From Deferribacterales bacterium (GTDB lineage: Bacteria > Chrysiogenota > Deferribacteres > Deferribacterales > Geovibrionaceae), in contig JBFWLW010000009.1 of the NCBI GenBank assembly GCA_050251945.1, forward strand, positions 1 to 64,000: a stretch of 64,000 bases of DNA. The letters run 5' to 3'. Shown one piece after another: positions 18,272 to 28,855 of this stretch; the first letter of the stretch is position 1, and each line of letters begins with the position of its first letter. Made by a program: the position numbers and the translations under genes. The notes beneath the pieces were generated by a model. It had not been told where the DNA came from. It saw only the letters and a list, made by a program, of their open reading frames with translations, and ran no database searches.

Positions 18272-19636
18272 TCACACCAGTCCGTATTTTTCCAGCTTAT
18301 ACCTTAAAGTACCTCTGGGAATATTCAGAAGTTTGGAGGTGCGCAGAACGTTTGCGCCTGTAAGAACAAGAGCTTCCGAAAGAAGCTGTTTTTCGATGCT
18401 TTCCATGGCGGCTTCAAAATCCATACCTTCGTGAGGGATATGCAAATTATTCTGAACCCCGTTCTTAGGCTTTTCACCCGAAATCTCGCGGGGCAGCATG
18501 TCGGGAGTGATTATCTCCTTGCTGTACATAATACAGATGCGTTCCACAATGTTCTTCATTTCGCGGATATTGCCCGGCCACTGATATGCCTTGAAAAGCT
18601 CCAGAGCCTCTTTTGAAACCTCTTTAATATTTTTTTTAAACTCAGAGTTGTAACGTTTTATGAAATGATCCAGAAGTGGCGCTATATCCTCCGTGCGTTC
18701 CCGCAGCGGCGGCAGAGACAGAGGGAACACGTTGAGTCTGTAGAAAAGATCCTCTCTGAACTCCTTATCGTTTATAGCTGTGTGCAGGTTTTTATTCGTT
18801 GCCGCGATTATACGTACGTCTATATCAATGTTGCGCGTACTGCCCAGCCTGCGTATCTTTCTCTCTTCCAGAACCCGCAGGAACTTCACCTGAAGGTTCA
18901 TGTCCATTTCGCCTATTTCATCCAGAAATACGGTTCCTCCGGCGGCATCCTCCAGAAGACCTATCTTTCTGGTCTTAGCGTCGGTGAACGCGCCTTTTTC
19001 ATGTCCGAAAAGCTCGGACTCCAGCAGATTAAACGGGAGTGACCCGCAGTTTATATCCACGAACGGCTTATCCTTGCGCGGCGAAAGGTTGTGTATCGCT
19101 CTGGATACCACCTCCTTTCCCGTACCGCTTTCGCCGGTAATAAGCACTGTCGCGGTTTCGTGCTTCGCCACTTCGCGTATCTTCATGAAAACGTCGGTCA
19201 TAGCGGGGCTGACACCGACCACTTCCGGCAGAACGGAGCCGTCACGTTTATATGATTTGAGTTCCCGCTTGAGGCTTCTGGTCTCAAGGGCAAGCCGCAC
19301 TATGAGGTGAAGCGCATCAGCTTTGAACGGTTTTTTGATATAGTCGTAGGCGCCCATCTTAAGCGCCTCCACGGCACTTTCAACGGTTCCGTAACCTGTT
19401 ATGATTATTACAAGAATTTCTGGATCGACCTCTTTCATCTCCCTCAGGATATCAAGTCCGCTGTCCCTGCCGAGATTAAGGTCGAGAAGCACAAGATCTA
19501 TATCCCCTTCTGTGAGCATATGAATGGATTCATGCCTGTTCTGTGCGACAGCAACGTCATATCCTTTAAGCGTGAGAGTTCTTTCGAGGTTTTCGCGAAT
19601 AAATATTTCATCATCGACAACGAGTATTTTTTCCAT
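18272..19636 (-). CDS. NtrC-family sigma54-dependent response regulator (REC-AAA+-HTH)
   Basis: Receiver domain; GESGTGKE, ESELFGHEKGAFTDA, FLDEIGE; C-terminal Fis-type HTH. Confidence 0.95.
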   Translation of the reverse strand: MEKILVVDDEIFIRENLERTLTLKGYDVAVAQNRHESIHMLTEGDIDLVLLDLNLGRDSGLDILREMKEVDPEILVIIITGYGTVESAVEALKMGAYDYIKKPFKADALHLIVRLALETRSLKRELKSYKRDGSVLPEVVGVSPAMTDVFMKIREVAKHETATVLITGESGTGKEVVSRAIHNLSPRKDKPFVDINCGSLPFNLLESELFGHEKGAFTDAKTRKIGLLEDAAGGTVFLDEIGEMDMNLQVKFLRVLEERKIRRLGSTRNIDIDVRIIAATNKNLHTAINDKEFREDLFYRLNVFPLSLPPLRERTEDIAPLLDHFIKRYNSEFKKNIKEVSKEALELFKAYQWPGNIREMKNIVERICIMYSKEIITPDMLPREISGEKPKNGVQNNLHIPHEGMDFEAAMESIEKQLLSEALVLTGANVLRTSKLLNIPRGTLRYKLEKYGLV

Positions 19637-19707
19637 ATCCGATCCATGCAAATAAATGTGGGTGAAAATCAGTATAGGATATTATGGGAATATAGCAAGG
19701 AAAAACA

Positions 19708-19723
19708 TGGCGGTTTTTCGCCA
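19708..19723. promoter_or_regulatory. third TGGC-N8-GCCA site, upstream of the activator gene
   Basis: TGGCGGTTTTTCGCCA, next to a possible minus-strand sigma70 promoter TTGCTA-N16-TATACT (19698-19671). Confidence 0.65.
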
Positions 19724-19726
19724 TAT

Positions 19727-20638
19727 CTATAAATTGAAAGTGATGCAGAAGTCTGTACCCTTCCCGGGTTCGCTCTCAACAGCGATTTCGCCTCCGTGCC
19801 TGCGGACAATATCACGAACGACGGAAAGTCCTATACCTGTTCCGCCTTTTTTATCGGTAAAGAACGGTTCAAAGATCATATGTTGCTTTTCCGTGGATAT
19901 TCCTGAACCTGTGTCCTTAAAGTGAATATTGATACGGCTGTCCACCACCTTTGCAGTCACTGTCAGATTTCCGCCACTTTCCATTGCCTGAACAGCGTTG
20001 ATGACAAGATTATGAAAAGCCTGACGCAGTTTACTGCCGTCGGCGAGTATGTGCGGGATATCCGGTTCGATATCGGTCTGGACGTTAACTCTGTGGATAA
20101 CACACAGCTTGCGGTTAAGCATCAGAACTTCGGAAAGCACAGCCGCAATATTCTCTTCGCTCATGGCGCGGATATCGCCGCCGGAATATGTCAGCACGTC
20201 GGTAAGCATCCTTTCCAGCCGCTCAAATTCTGATATCGCCATACGGAGAAGGTGTCTTTCGTTCTCTGCACAGCTCATTCTGTCGTGGATATCGTCAAGA
20301 AGAACTTCTATACCTGTCAGAGGATTACGCATTTCATGCGCCAGAGAGGGCATTATTTCGCCAAGTGACAAAAGCTTAGACGCTCTTTCACGTTCGCTTA
20401 CATTCTCAAGGATGATCAGCCTGTAGCCGCTGTCTCCGACCTTTTCCGATGCAACGGAATAATCTGAAGCGATGGAGTTTTTCACGATGCTGATAACGGT
20501 TCCGTCACCGGCATCTTTAAGTTTTGAGGCGGCGTCACTCTCGTTTAAAAGCAGTTTGCCGACTTCATCCGCATAGACAGTGTCTCCGTTCTTATCAATA
20601 ATAATGACCGCTCTGTAAAACTTAAGAAATCTGCTCAT
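19727..20638 (-). CDS. soluble sensor histidine kinase (NtrB-like)
   Basis: LAHEMRNPL H-box, NAVQAM, DTGSG, GTGIGL; no TM segment. Confidence 0.92.
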   Translation of the reverse strand: MSRFLKFYRAVIIIDKNGDTVYADEVGKLLLNESDAASKLKDAGDGTVISIVKNSIASDYSVASEKVGDSGYRLIILENVSERERASKLLSLGEIMPSLAHEMRNPLTGIEVLLDDIHDRMSCAENERHLLRMAISEFERLERMLTDVLTYSGGDIRAMSEENIAAVLSEVLMLNRKLCVIHRVNVQTDIEPDIPHILADGSKLRQAFHNLVINAVQAMESGGNLTVTAKVVDSRINIHFKDTGSGISTEKQHMIFEPFFTDKKGGTGIGLSVVRDIVRRHGGEIAVESEPGKGTDFCITFNL

Positions 20639-22257
20639 TACACCCTGAATTTGTCCACCATGGCGTTTAAGTGTGTCGCCTGCTGAGCAAGCTGATCTAT
20701 GGTGCTGTTCACCTCTGTCATGGTGTTTACGTTCTGTTCCAGTCCCTGCGACATCTGCACGGCATTTTCGTTTACGTTCTGTATGCCTTCGCTCTGCTCA
20801 CCTATGGCAAGGCGTATGGCGCCGTTGCTGAGGTTCACATCATTAATGGCGTCCACTATCTTTTTAAAAGAAGCGTCAGTTTCTTCAATAAGTTGATTGC
20901 CGGTATTTATGTTCTTTTCGGCGGTACCCATTTCGCTGGATGCAGATTTTGTATCCGCCATAAAAGTTCTGATAATTGAATCTATCTCCGATGTGGCAGA
21001 CTGTGTTCTCTCCGCAAGTTTACGCACCTCGTCGGCAACAACGGCAAAACCTCTGCCCGCTTCCCCTGCCCTTGCAGCTTCTATGGCGGCGTTAAGAGCA
21101 AGAAGGTTCGTCTGGTCAGCGATATCGCTGATAACGTTCAGTATCTCGCCTATCTGACTTGATGATGTCGTAAGGCTTTCAATGGTCTCCGAAAGTTTCG
21201 CCGTCGAACGGGTTATGCTCCCCATTCCGGATTTGACCATCTCAAGTTTGTCTGCGCCTTCCTTTGTGTTACCGACAGCTTCGTTCAGCGGAACGGAAGC
21301 CTGCTGAATGTTATCGACCATAACGTCGCTGGTGGCGCTTATCTGGCTTATTGCAGACGCGATGGATTCAACCTGACGCGAGCGATCCATGAACGCTTCG
21401 GTCATGTTGCGCATGGTGGAATTAAGCTCTTCCGCACTGACACTCAGTCCTGAGGCGTTCTCTTTAACGTCGGAAACTATCTCCTGAATACTGCCGACAA
21501 AACTGTCGAAATAACCGGACATCTCTCCTATCTCGTCTTTCGTCTTTATATTGATACGACGCGTAAGGTCTCCCTTGCCGCTTGTGAAATCTTTAAGAAT
21601 GTGGATAAATCCATAAAGTCTTTTAATAACCGACGTGTAAACAAAGAAATATATCAGACCGGAAAGGATCGCTATGGACACCGACGTCACATATACCCAG
21701 AAAGCAGCGGAACTCACCGCCTGTCTGTTTATGTCGGACGCGATCTCATATTCGTTCGTTATAGATGACACAAGCGTGTCAATCTCAGAGCTGTTCTCGC
21801 TTGCTAAACCGTCTATTTTGTCATCCAGCGCAGCAAAAACATCGTCTGCAGCACCGTTTTTAACGGCAGGAAAGAGTTCGCCTTCAATGATTTCTTTCTG
21901 TTTCGCAAACAGAGCAAGTATCTTTTCAATAGTCTCTTTTTCCTCTCCTGTGTCCGCATAGGCGCGGAAACCGGAGGTCATCTCACCAATATCTTTGTAG
22001 TGAGCGCTGATCTCATCAATGAGTTCAGGGGCAATCTGCATTGAATCTTTGTCGACAATAATATCCATTGCCGCAAGAGCAATGCCGCTGTTGTAAGTTT
22101 TCAGGAGGTTAACATCAAGAATCTGACGGGTTCTGGAATCCTGCACCTCGGAAGCGGATTTCGCTCCAGAGAGTTTGACGCCAAGATATACGGCGGTAAA
22201 TACGGAAACTGCGAACAGTACAGCGAAAAATAAATTCAGCTTCACCCTTATACTCAT
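20638..22257 (-). CDS. methyl-accepting chemotaxis protein
   Basis: Two TM segments, [42 protein letters not shown]. Confidence 0.95.
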   Translation of the reverse strand: MSIRVKLNLFFAVLFAVSVFTAVYLGVKLSGAKSASEVQDSRTRQILDVNLLKTYNSGIALAAMDIIVDKDSMQIAPELIDEISAHYKDIGEMTSGFRAYADTGEEKETIEKILALFAKQKEIIEGELFPAVKNGAADDVFAALDDKIDGLASENSSEIDTLVSSITNEYEIASDINRQAVSSAAFWVYVTSVSIAILSGLIYFFVYTSVIKRLYGFIHILKDFTSGKGDLTRRINIKTKDEIGEMSGYFDSFVGSIQEIVSDVKENASGLSVSAEELNSTMRNMTEAFMDRSRQVESIASAISQISATSDVMVDNIQQASVPLNEAVGNTKEGADKLEMVKSGMGSITRSTAKLSETIESLTTSSSQIGEILNVISDIADQTNLLALNAAIEAARAGEAGRGFAVVADEVRKLAERTQSATSEIDSIIRTFMADTKSASSEMGTAEKNINTGNQLIEETDASFKKIVDAINDVNLSNGAIRLAIGEQSEGIQNVNENAVQMSQGLEQNVNTMTEVNSTIDQLAQQATHLNAMVDKFRV

Positions 22258-22334
22258 ACGGCACCTCAAATAAAGACTCAGTTGCTAATTGAATATACCG
22301 ATTCCGTCTGAATTTAACAAGTGAATGTTCTGTG

Positions 22335-23528
22335 TTATATTCTCCCTTTCTTTCTGAGCCACATAAAGAGAAAAGGCCATATTATAAGAACAACAAGCGA
22401 AATGGACATTATCATATAACCGTAATAGCGCAGAGGATCGGGGTGAGGCAATGTCACAAGCCACATGCAGAGCGCGCCCGCCATGAACTGATAAAAAACC
22501 ATGAAAGATGAGGCGGAACCGATGTCTGTGCGTACCTGTTCAAGGACAAGACTTGAGCTGACCGGTCTGTTGAAACCCATAAAAAATGCAAATATAAACA
22601 TTCCCGCGGCAAAAAACTCGTAGCCGAGGTGGTTGAAAAGCAAAACAAAAAGTCCGCCCACAAAAGTACCTATAAAACCCGCTGTAAGCATTCTGGACTG
22701 CTTGAGCTTTATAGAAAGCTTTGCGCTGGCAAACGAGCCGGCCATGGCACAAACCGCATTCAGACCGAAAAGAACGCTGAAAAGCTGACCGGAAAGCCCG
22801 TATACCTTAATGTAGGCAATGGGCGAGAACGCTATGAAACCGTAAAACGGGGAGATGGAAAGTCCCATCACTGTCGTCGCCACAGCATATTCTTTATTGA
22901 ACAGTAATGACTTATAGCGCAGAAAAAGTGATACGATGCTCCCTTTTATGAACTCTTTCGAGGTCTCTTCATAGCCCATCGCTATTATCGACGTGATAAG
23001 CACCATAGAGCCCTGCGCGAAAAATATGAGCCTCCATGAGCCAAGCCCGAGGAGCATTGTGCCTATCGAGGGCGCAACCATAGGCGCAACGGCAAGGATT
23101 ACTCCTATATATGCCAGTGCTTTCTGGCGTTCGGCTCCTTCGTATCTGTCCCTGCATATAGCCATAACCATGGCGGACGGCGCAGCTGCACCCATCCCCT
23201 GTATAATGCGGAAAAGGATAAGCATATGCGGATTCGTTGCAAGTCCGCACAGAAAACTGGAAACAACGAAAAGCCAGAGACCGAAAAGCAGTACAGGTCT
23301 GCGTCCGAATTTATCTGAAAGCGGTCCGAATATCAAAAGAGACGAACTGAAAGAGGCAAACCAGAGAACCAGAGAAAGATTGACCACAGAAACGTGAACG
23401 TTCCAGTCTGCCGCTATACTGGGGATAGCAGAAAGATACATATCCGTTGCAAGAGGCGGGGTTGCTCCGATCAGTGAAAGGAATATAATATAAATTGACG
23501 GGTTTTTTATTCTGAATGAACTCAACAT
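22335..23528 (-). CDS. Bcr/CflA-family multidrug MFS transporter
   Basis: ATDMYL, GPLSDKFGRRPV; about 12 TM segments. Confidence 0.9.
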   Translation of the reverse strand: MLSSFRIKNPSIYIIFLSLIGATPPLATDMYLSAIPSIAADWNVHVSVVNLSLVLWFASFSSSLLIFGPLSDKFGRRPVLLFGLWLFVVSSFLCGLATNPHMLILFRIIQGMGAAAPSAMVMAICRDRYEGAERQKALAYIGVILAVAPMVAPSIGTMLLGLGSWRLIFFAQGSMVLITSIIAMGYEETSKEFIKGSIVSLFLRYKSLLFNKEYAVATTVMGLSISPFYGFIAFSPIAYIKVYGLSGQLFSVLFGLNAVCAMAGSFASAKLSIKLKQSRMLTAGFIGTFVGGLFVLLFNHLGYEFFAAGMFIFAFFMGFNRPVSSSLVLEQVRTDIGSASSFMVFYQFMAGALCMWLVTLPHPDPLRYYGYMIMSISLVVLIIWPFLFMWLRKKGRI

Positions 23529-23601
23529 GAAAATCTTCTCTCCAAAATAATAATAGAACGCTTAGACTATATCAGGTATACTCTTTTTGAGGTAATATTC
23601 A

Positions 23602-24582
23602 ATGGATAAGTCATATATCACATATAGTTTTATACTATCGGACACCAACGGATGGATTGACACTGACCGCACTCATCCGTCTGTCAACGTAAAAAGAAAG
23701 CTCTCGTGGGTACACATGGAAGCGGACAGCGAAAGAACGCTGAACTGGCTGAACGAACAGGAAAACATAGACTCTCTGGCGATCGACAGTCTTCTGGAAG
23801 AGGACACACGTCCGCGTACGGCTTTCTATCAGAACGGATATATGGTCAACCTGCGCGCGGTGAACCTGAACTCTGAAAGGGATCCCCACGATATGGTTTC
23901 CATCCGTATGTTCGTACAGCCCGACAGAATAATCTCTACATCAAAACGCCAGTGCCACGCTGTTGAAGACCTTGCGGCGGCACTTAAAACTGACGAGGCT
24001 CCGCGCACTGCCGGCGAATTTGTTACACTCCTGCTGGAGCTTCTCACGGAGCGGGCGGAAAGCTACATCACCGATCTGAAAGACAGCACATACGAGCTTG
24101 AATACAAGATTATAGACGAATCCGACATAAACCAGCGCAGGCAGATATCCGAGATACGGCGCGCTGTAATAACTTTCACACGCTATTTCTCCCCGCAAAA
24201 GGATGCGGCGGCAAAACTTGCGGCGGCAAAAGGAAGTCTTTTCAACGGGGCGGAAGAACAAAGGATTCAGGAGTGTATAAACAAGATCAGCAAATTCATA
24301 GAGGATCTGGATGCACTGGATAACAGGTGCTACGTTCTTCAGGACGAAGTGGCGGCAATAACCAACGACAGAATAAACAAAAACATGTATTTTATATCAA
24401 TGCTGGCGGCGGTATTTCTGCCCGTGACATTTCTGACAGGTCTTTTTGGAGTCAATCTCGGCGGAATCCCCGGCGGAAAGAGCGAAAAAGGCTTCATCAC
24501 ATTTATTATTGTGCTGGTGCTTATAATAGTAATACAGATAGTTGCGTTCAAAAAACTGGAACGTTTCAACAGGAAGCAGTGA
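23602..24582 (+). CDS. zntB: ZntB/CorA-family divalent metal transporter
   Basis: EDTRPR, DMVSIRM, FLTGLFGVNLGGIPG; two C-terminal TM segments. Confidence 0.85.
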   Translation: MDKSYITYSFILSDTNGWIDTDRTHPSVNVKRKLSWVHMEADSERTLNWLNEQENIDSLAIDSLLEEDTRPRTAFYQNGYMVNLRAVNLNSERDPHDMVSIRMFVQPDRIISTSKRQCHAVEDLAAALKTDEAPRTAGEFVTLLLELLTERAESYITDLKDSTYELEYKIIDESDINQRRQISEIRRAVITFTRYFSPQKDAAAKLAAAKGSLFNGAEEQRIQECINKISKFIEDLDALDNRCYVLQDEVAAITNDRINKNMYFISMLAAVFLPVTFLTGLFGVNLGGIPGGKSEKGFITFIIVLVLIIVIQIVAFKKLERFNRKQ

Positions 24583-24829
24583 CAGAAGCCAGCCGGAAAT
24601 CCTTTCCAAGGGTCAGACCCGCTTTTTCAAGGGCATCCGCCGTGCGCTTTTCCGTGTTTTTATGTCCGCATTCAGACGTGACATAAAATAGCTTCTCCGT
24701 TATGACAAAGCTCACATCTACAATTCCATTCTGCTTTTTCATTTCATCTATGAAGGCAAACACGCAGGGAACACAGACCGTTCCGTATTCAAACCCCATG
24801 CCTTCAACATTTACTTTATATTTTTCCAT
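24566..24829 (-). CDS. small HMA-like CxxC protein
   Basis: VEGM...CVPC pattern in an 87-aa protein. Confidence 0.55.
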   Translation of the reverse strand: MEKYKVNVEGMGFEYGTVCVPCVFAFIDEMKKQNGIVDVSFVITEKLFYVTSECGHKNTEKRTADALEKAGLTLGKDFRLASVTASC

Positions 24830-25031
24830 TCAATCCACCGTTATGAAAATAAATATATTATTTCAGACGGAAAAGCAAACAGGACTTTTTCAGTCCTGTT
24901 TCAGCTTGATACTGCTGTCAAATATTTTTCCAACCCTGCTACCACTTTCTGTGGCGGTTTTAAACTTTTTTTCTGCGGACAAACGAAAAGATTTTTGTTA
25001 TTATCAAATCAACACAAAATGAGGTTTTCTT

Positions 25032-26630
25032 ATGAAATTAAGCATTATGAAAAAGCTCTTCATTCCTACCTCTGTAGTTTTTCTTATTGTTATCATATCT
25101 TTTATAGCTAATTGGATGGTTATCGAAGGTCAGGAGAAAGATGCACTGATCGTCAATCTTGGCGGTCGACAGCGTATGCTTACGCAGAAAATGACCAAAG
25201 AGGTACTCACATATGAGCTGAGTTCCGGTTCTGCAAAAGATGATACAAAAAAGAATATCATGAATTCCGTCAAAAATTTCGATATCACGCTTAAAGGTCT
25301 TCTGAATTCGGGTAAAGTTCCCGTTTCAAACGATCCTGACGGGGAAAAGGTCTTCATCTATGCGGTGGACGAACCTGCCCACACTCAACTTTTAACAGTC
25401 GAAAAGATGTGGAGCGATCTCTCCGCAAACATATCAAAATATCTTGAAGCCGGAGACAAACAGGCGCTCGCGTATATAATGCAGAACAACATGCCCCTTC
25501 TGGCAGAAATGAACAAAGCTGTTACCATGCTCCAGAAAAGCTCTGAGGCAAAAGTTACAAATATGCTGAGGCTTCAGCTCTTTTTTACTGCTGTGATAAT
25601 CATATCGGTACTGCTGCTTATGCTTGCAGCAAAAATAATGATAGGATTCATAAATATTTTCAAAGCCAGACTGCGCGACATATCCGAGGGCAACGGCGAC
25701 CTGAGACTGAGGCTGAACGTTAAAAGCCATGACGAGATAGGCACTGCGGCAACCTATGTCGATCACTTCATCGACACAATTCACAGGGTTGTTTCCTCAA
25801 CAATGCGCAACGCGGACGAAACCTACGAATCGAGCATCAGGCTTTCATCAACAGCCGAGTCTCTGTCTGACAACATTCATCAGCAAATGGAGCTTGTTTC
25901 AAAAAGCGGCGAACTTACATCCGAAGTGGGACAGGAGCTTGATGTAACCGAAGAAATGGCAGTAACCACCACTGAAGTCATTGAAAAAGGGAACAAACAA
26001 CTTGAGGAGTTTACCGTTCATCTCAACACTTTTTCCGCTTCAATCGTTCAGGACAGCAAAAGACAGTCGGAACTTTCAGAACGCATCAAAGCGCTTAACG
26101 AGCAGATGGCACAGATATCATCCGTTCTGGGCATGATAGCCGACATCGCAGACCAGACAAACCTGCTGGCGCTGAACGCATCCATTGAGGCGGCAAGAGC
26201 TGGTGAACACGGGCGGGGTTTTGCCGTTGTAGCCGACGAGGTCCGCAAACTGGCGGAACGCACACAGGCTTCACTCGGCACCATAAACGCAACCACAAGC
26301 GAACTGGTCAACAGCGTTGAATCCATCAGCAGGGAAACCGATAAACTGTCCAAAAAGATACTCGGAGTTGCAGATCAGTCGAACGACCTGATAAATCTGG
26401 CGACTAACACAAAAAACGAACTGAGCGTTTCGCTGAACACTTCCGCCACGCTGGTGGGCAAGACAACACTAATCGCCACCAGAACAAAAGAGCTGATACT
26501 TATAATGCAAAAGCTCTATAAGCTCTCCGAACAGAACACACACGCAGGTGATGACGTCAGCCAGATCGCCGCGTCGCTGAACGCGAAGGCGATGGAGCTT
26601 TCATCCATGCTGAAACACTTTACGGTATAA
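25032..26630 (+). CDS. methyl-accepting chemotaxis protein with NarX/PilJ-like sensor domain
   Basis: P-box-like [21 protein letters not shown] signalling hairpin. Confidence 0.9.
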   Translation: MKLSIMKKLFIPTSVVFLIVIISFIANWMVIEGQEKDALIVNLGGRQRMLTQKMTKEVLTYELSSGSAKDDTKKNIMNSVKNFDITLKGLLNSGKVPVSNDPDGEKVFIYAVDEPAHTQLLTVEKMWSDLSANISKYLEAGDKQALAYIMQNNMPLLAEMNKAVTMLQKSSEAKVTNMLRLQLFFTAVIIISVLLLMLAAKIMIGFINIFKARLRDISEGNGDLRLRLNVKSHDEIGTAATYVDHFIDTIHRVVSSTMRNADETYESSIRLSSTAESLSDNIHQQMELVSKSGELTSEVGQELDVTEEMAVTTTEVIEKGNKQLEEFTVHLNTFSASIVQDSKRQSELSERIKALNEQMAQISSVLGMIADIADQTNLLALNASIEAARAGEHGRGFAVVADEVRKLAERTQASLGTINATTSELVNSVESISRETDKLSKKILGVADQSNDLINLATNTKNELSVSLNTSATLVGKTTLIATRTKELILIMQKLYKLSEQNTHAGDDVSQIAASLNAKAMELSSMLKHFTV

Positions 26631-26658
26631 AGCGAAGGCGGTATCACACGCCGCCTCC

Positions 26659-26794
26659 GGTTGTTGACAAACTAAATTTATACAGACTCACATTAGACTG
26701 CTTCGGGTTAAAACCCTCGCAGAGACGTTTTTTGTCTTCGCGAGGAGCGCATGCGACGACGCGATCTCGCATTTTCCTGACTTTGTCATCAGTC
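26659..26794 (-). mobile_element. IS1182-like MITE, copy B
   Basis: Reverse orientation of copies A and D; flanked by a perfect 21-bp direct repeat AGGCGGTATCACACGCCGCCT (26636-26656, 26797-26817). Confidence 0.85.
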
Positions 26795-26804
26795 TGAGGC
26801 GGTA

Positions 26805-28154
26805 TCACACGCCGCCTTTTTTTATCAATTCAATCTTTCTTATATATCCGTCCACATCAAACTTTGAACGGCATCCGTTGCGGTTCATATATCTTATCTT
26901 GCCGTAAACCGGACGCTCCGCCCAAGCCCTGTCATGCACACCAGCAACACTCCATGCAACGCCGACACAGCCGTTCGGGTCGCGCCCGTCCAGAGCATAG
27001 GTATCGTTCAGAAGCAGAGCATATTTAAAAGCAGTCTCAGGACTTTCAGTCCATTCCAGTATCTTCTTCGCCCAGTACATCCGCATATATCCGTGCATCC
27101 TTCCCGTCATCTTCATCTGAATCTGCGCCGCATTCCAAAGGGAATCGTGCGTCTGCGCCGCCTCAAACACTTCATACGGGTAGACGTATTCCCGTCTGTC
27201 TGATCGGTGTTCGTCCAAAGTTTTCAAAGCCCACGGGTCAGCACCCTCTATGCTGTCGTATCTGTCGTTATACAGGCAGTAGTTATCAGAGAGTTCGCGG
27301 CGGACTATCAGCTCTTCAATGTAAGCATCCTTATCAGCATCCGGAGCGTCTGCCGCCAGAACGTCAAGCGCCGCCCGCTGGGGCGCTGCCTGTCCGAAAT
27401 GGAAATAAGGTGACATCGTGGACTGAGCATCTTCATTCGGGTCGTTTCTCTTTTCGTTGTAAAAACAAAGCCTGTCGTTAACAAAACATTGAAGAACTTC
27501 CTGCGCCGCTTTCGCACCTGAAACAATCGGAAAATGACCGCTGTATGGATAAAGCGCCTCAGCTCTTGTCCAGTCTGGTTCCTGCACAGCATCCGAAAAA
27601 ACAGCCTTCTGCTTTTGCATCTTTGGAAATTCCGTCAGAAACTCTCCCAAAACCCGATGTATCTTCGGTCTGATTGTTCTGGCGGCATACTCCTGTTTCG
27701 GCGATGTGAAACGGCACGGAACAACGTTGTGCGCATCCACTTCTATAACGGGGATGTCGAGCGCCGACGCCACATCCGCACGCCATGCCATAGGCACTTT
27801 TAAAGGCATAAAATCGCATATCAGTGTGTCTGCATTGTGGTATCTGACAAATTTAGGGATCTCTTCCTGCGGTCTGCCGATAAGCAAATAGAAAGGTATG
27901 TTCAGGGCTTCAAGCTCTTTCGCGGTCTCTTTCAGCCCGTTTATCATAAATCTGTAATGGAATGAATTGCCGTTGGGAAAATCGGGCGACAGACAAAAAG
28001 CCACTGCGAAAGCACTGCCCGCCGCCTCTGCCAGCTTTGCGGCATAAACAAGCGCCCAGTTATCTTTTGCGCGCTGGTCTCTGGACATCCAGTAAATAGT
28101 TCTGCCCGCCTGCGCCAGTCTGTCGTTAAGTGAAAAAGTACGCCTTATATCCAT
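26805..28154 (-). CDS. phrB: class II CPD DNA photolyase
   Basis: YWMSRDQR, DAHNVVP, MSPYFHFGQ, RRELSDNYC, MHGYMRMYWAKKILEW, DGRDPNG. Likely start ATG 28154. Confidence 0.93.
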   Translation of the reverse strand: MDIRRTFSLNDRLAQAGRTIYWMSRDQRAKDNWALVYAAKLAEAAGSAFAVAFCLSPDFPNGNSFHYRFMINGLKETAKELEALNIPFYLLIGRPQEEIPKFVRYHNADTLICDFMPLKVPMAWRADVASALDIPVIEVDAHNVVPCRFTSPKQEYAARTIRPKIHRVLGEFLTEFPKMQKQKAVFSDAVQEPDWTRAEALYPYSGHFPIVSGAKAAQEVLQCFVNDRLCFYNEKRNDPNEDAQSTMSPYFHFGQAAPQRAALDVLAADAPDADKDAYIEELIVRRELSDNYCLYNDRYDSIEGADPWALKTLDEHRSDRREYVYPYEVFEAAQTHDSLWNAAQIQMKMTGRMHGYMRMYWAKKILEWTESPETAFKYALLLNDTYALDGRDPNGCVGVAWSVAGVHDRAWAERPVYGKIRYMNRNGCRSKFDVDGYIRKIELIKKGGV

Positions 28155-28165
28155 AAGGCATTGTA

Positions 28166-28762
28166 CTATATTATGAGCGAAACCGCCACTCCCCACATTG
28201 TACAGCACACAAGCCCGTCCAGAATTCTCCAGACGACAGGTCTGGCGAACACTCTTGCCAGAGCGGAACCGAACAGCACAAGGGCGAAGAACCACACAAC
28301 GGAAGCAGTTGACGCACCAAGTCCGAAAACATAGCGTCCGCTGCCGATGAATCCGGCGCTGATGCTCCCCACCAGAAGCACGGTGTCAAGGTAGACGTGG
28401 GGGTTAAGCACTGTCACGGCGAGAGTTGCAAGGAGAGTTTTTTTTATGCTGGAATCGGTATTTTCGTTCAGCTCCATTTTGCGGACGGAAAAAGCTGACC
28501 TTAAAGACAGAAAACCGTACCAGAAAAGAAACGCCGCGCCGCCCCATGTGGCAATCTTCATCAGGGTCGGGTTTGATGCAACAAAAGTTCCCACACCTGC
28601 AACGCCTGTCATAATGAACAACACGTCGAATATGGCACATACCAGAGCAACCTTAAAATGATGATTCCTCTTAACACTCTGGGTCAGAACAAACGCGTTC
28701 TGCGCTCCTATCGCAACTATCAGTCCGGCTCCTGTTGAAAATCCACTAACAAATGCAGTCAT
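28166..28762 (-). CDS. argO: ArgO/LysE-family amino acid exporter
   Basis: LIVAIGAQNAFVL, LNPHVYLDT; divergent from an ArgP-type LysR gene. Confidence 0.88.
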   Translation of the reverse strand: MTAFVSGFSTGAGLIVAIGAQNAFVLTQSVKRNHHFKVALVCAIFDVLFIMTGVAGVGTFVASNPTLMKIATWGGAAFLFWYGFLSLRSAFSVRKMELNENTDSSIKKTLLATLAVTVLNPHVYLDTVLLVGSISAGFIGSGRYVFGLGASTASVVWFFALVLFGSALARVFARPVVWRILDGLVCCTMWGVAVSLII

Positions 28763-28855
28763 TTCACTCTCCTTTCGTAAGAGAACATATGACATGGCAG
28801 ATCAAAAGTAAAATTAATTGTTTTCATAATACATAAGTTTTGCTAATATTAGCTT

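Noticed and set aside
24860..25020. Possible c-di-GMP riboswitch before the MCP gene
   Set aside because: Only short hairpins; the GEMM consensus is not present.
28155..28295. N-terminal extension of the photolyase as given in the ORF track
   Set aside because: It overlaps argO; photolyase-like sequence begins at Met 28154.
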